A stretch of DNA of 32,000 nt from Synechococcus sp. A15-28 (lineage in GTDB: Bacteria; Cyanobacteriota; Cyanobacteriia; PCC-6307; Cyanobiaceae), in NCBI RefSeq assembly GCF_014280175.1, contig NZ_CP047931.1, positions 1,830,001-1,862,000 on the forward strand, given 5' to 3'. A program made the translations under genes and the position numbers. Each line of letters starts with the position of its first letter. The stretch's first letter is position 1. Below, one piece after another: positions 30,436-32,000 of this stretch. The notes below the pieces were generated by a model. The model made no database searches and was not told the DNA's origin. It saw only the letters and a program-made list of their open reading frames with translations.

Positions 30436-30863
30436 CGCAGGCTCCTGGCTCCACCCATTTCAACGATGATGCGCAGACGGGGTTCACGGCTGCAGAGATC
30501 GCAGAGGGAGCTCAGCTCGGATTGCGACAACACCTGTCCCTCCAGCAGCCAGAGCGCCACCTGGGCGTCACCGTCGAGCAGATCCCCAAGCTGCGGCACC
30601 ACCTCCTGCACCTCCCCCACGGCAGCACCGCGCCCGACGCTCTGATGGCCGAGATGGGGAGGGCGAATGCCGTGTTTCTGGGTCAGGAACACCTCCGGAT
30701 CGCCGAGGCCACGGGCTGACGTGAGTCGGGTGCGGTAGCCGGCCCCACGCAGGCGACGCAACAGCCTGGTTTCCGCTCCACCCTCCAGCGGGGCATGCAC
30801 AGCCAAGCAACCATGGGCCTCGAGATCACGGCGGAATGTCCGACCGCTGAGAAGCAGAGGCAT
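30402..30863 (-). CDS. ndhN: NAD(P)H-quinone oxidoreductase subunit N
   Basis: [72 protein letters not shown]. Start chosen at the internal Met of ORF 30402..30905. Confidence 0.88.
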   Translation of the reverse strand: MPLLLSGRTFRRDLEAHGCLAVHAPLEGGAETRLLRRLRGAGYRTRLTSARGLGDPEVFLTQKHGIRPPHLGHQSVGRGAAVGEVQEVVPQLGDLLDGDAQVALWLLEGQVLSQSELSSLCDLCSREPRLRIIVEMGGARSLRWQPMSGLLAS

Positions 30864-31238
30864 GACTGCAGGATGGCTGCGCAAGAGTCTGGCAGCCAAA
30901 GGCAAGGGTGGGGAAGAGGAGAAAGGTGCTGCTGTATGGTCTTTGTTTGTTCTGCGTTTCTGTGCCCGTCCGCTAGCCGGGCCTCCAGTCGGCAGAACAG
31001 ACCCCGCGATTGCGCAGGGTCCTCAGGCCAGAGCGGATTCTCCAATCCGCCGGGAAACTTCCAGAGCACTCCGTGCACAGGTCAGTCCCAGCCTCGCTGA
31101 ATCGACCGCTAGCCCCATTCGAGAGACCTCCTTTCCGGATCCCTCCCTCGAACCACGTCTGCGTCCAACCGATCAGCACGCCATGCCCCATCCGGCTTTC
31201 CGGATGGTGGTAGTCCCGCTGGCGCTTCCTCCCCAACC

Positions 31239-31895
31239 ATGTCAATCGGCATTCTCGGGAAGAAGCTGGGCATGTCCCAGTTCTTCGACGAGCAGGGCAG
31301 AGCCGTCCCCGTCACCTTGATCGAGGCCGGCCCCTGCCGAATCACCCAACTCAAAAGCAGCGACACCGATGGCTATGCCGCGGTGCAGATCGGCTTCGGC
31401 GATACCCGCGAAAAGCTGATCAACAAGCCTGCCAAGGGTCACCTCAACAAAACCGGCGAGAGCCTCCTGCGTCACCTGCGCGAATACCGCGTGGATGGCC
31501 TTGAGGGTTTCGAACTGGGCGGATCGATCACCGTTGGTGATTTCGAAGCCGGCCAGAAGGTTGATGTCAGCGGTGACACGATCGGCCGCGGCTTCTCCGG
31601 TTATCAGAAACGCCATGGCTTCAGCCGTGGTCCGATGACCCACGGTTCCAAGAACCACCGCGAGCCCGGTTCGATCGGCCCCGGCACCACACCGGGCCGC
31701 ATCTATCCAGGCAAGCGCATGGCCGGTCGCTACGGCGGCAAGAAGATCACCACCCGCGGCCTGACCATCCTCAAGGTGGACAGCGAGCGCAACCTGCTGG
31801 TGGTGAAAGGGTCGGTTCCCGGCAAGCCGGGCGCCCTGCTGAACATCCGACCCGCCCTGCGGGTGGGTGCCAAGCCCGCCAAAGGAGGACAGTGA
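31239..31895 (+). CDS. rplC: 50S ribosomal protein L3
   Basis: [33 protein letters not shown]...[49 protein letters not shown] type sequence. Confidence 0.98.
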   Translation: MSIGILGKKLGMSQFFDEQGRAVPVTLIEAGPCRITQLKSSDTDGYAAVQIGFGDTREKLINKPAKGHLNKTGESLLRHLREYRVDGLEGFELGGSITVGDFEAGQKVDVSGDTIGRGFSGYQKRHGFSRGPMTHGSKNHREPGSIGPGTTPGRIYPGKRMAGRYGGKKITTRGLTILKVDSERNLLVVKGSVPGKPGALLNIRPALRVGAKPAKGGQ

Positions 31896-32000
31896 TGGCT
31901 GACTGCGTGATTCGCGACTGGCAGGGAAAGGAAGCCGGCAAGGCGACCCTCGACCTGAAAGTGGCCAAGGAGACCACGGCCAACGATCTGATGCATCGTG
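31895..32000 (+). CDS. rplD: 50S ribosomal protein L4 (N-terminal part, truncated by window end)
   Basis: ATG 31895 overlapping the rplC stop; [35 protein letters not shown], followed by the window end. Confidence 0.85.
   Translation, partial: MADCVIRDWQGKEAGKATLDLKVAKETTANDLMHR

Overview
This window looks like core chromosome from a marine picocyanobacterium (Synechococcus / Parasynechococcus-like). Most of it is GC-rich and densely packed with core genes: rodA (partial), a degenerate sensor kinase, psaD, trpE, gshA, ppc, a GNAT gene, tRNA-Arg, recF, speD, larE, a tandem-duplicated CobA/CobO-type adenosyltransferase, moeB-rhodanese, a JAMM/M67 protease-like gene, a CAAD/CURT1 gene, a fructosamine kinase, a crtD-like desaturase, tyrA, a degenerate DinG-like gene, DUF2839 and DUF1815 genes, recA, a HAD hydrolase, tRNA-Gln, a ycf45-like ATPase, ldpA, ndhN, rplC and rplD (partial). 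Between the cobA-like gene and moeB (about 12.55-17.9 kb) lies an AT-richer accessory segment. It carries (i) a small module with an orphan ParA-like ATPase and a 79-aa ORF, and (ii) a complete phosphite uptake/oxidation cluster, ptxABCD. The most interesting unlisted signal is a duplication of the last ~34 nt of the cobA-like gene. The module-side copy restores the same C-terminus (GVDLKxGVDY*) with shifted synonymous codons, and a second copy lies 1463 bp away just before the ptx segment. This resembles the scar of an insertion into the 3' end of a protein-coding gene. Phosphite oxidation is an already described system. The junction architecture, the K76-to-R position in PtxD, the hairpin inside the operon and the orphan ParA module are the parts worth checking. 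All calls come from reading motifs; no database search or computation was run.
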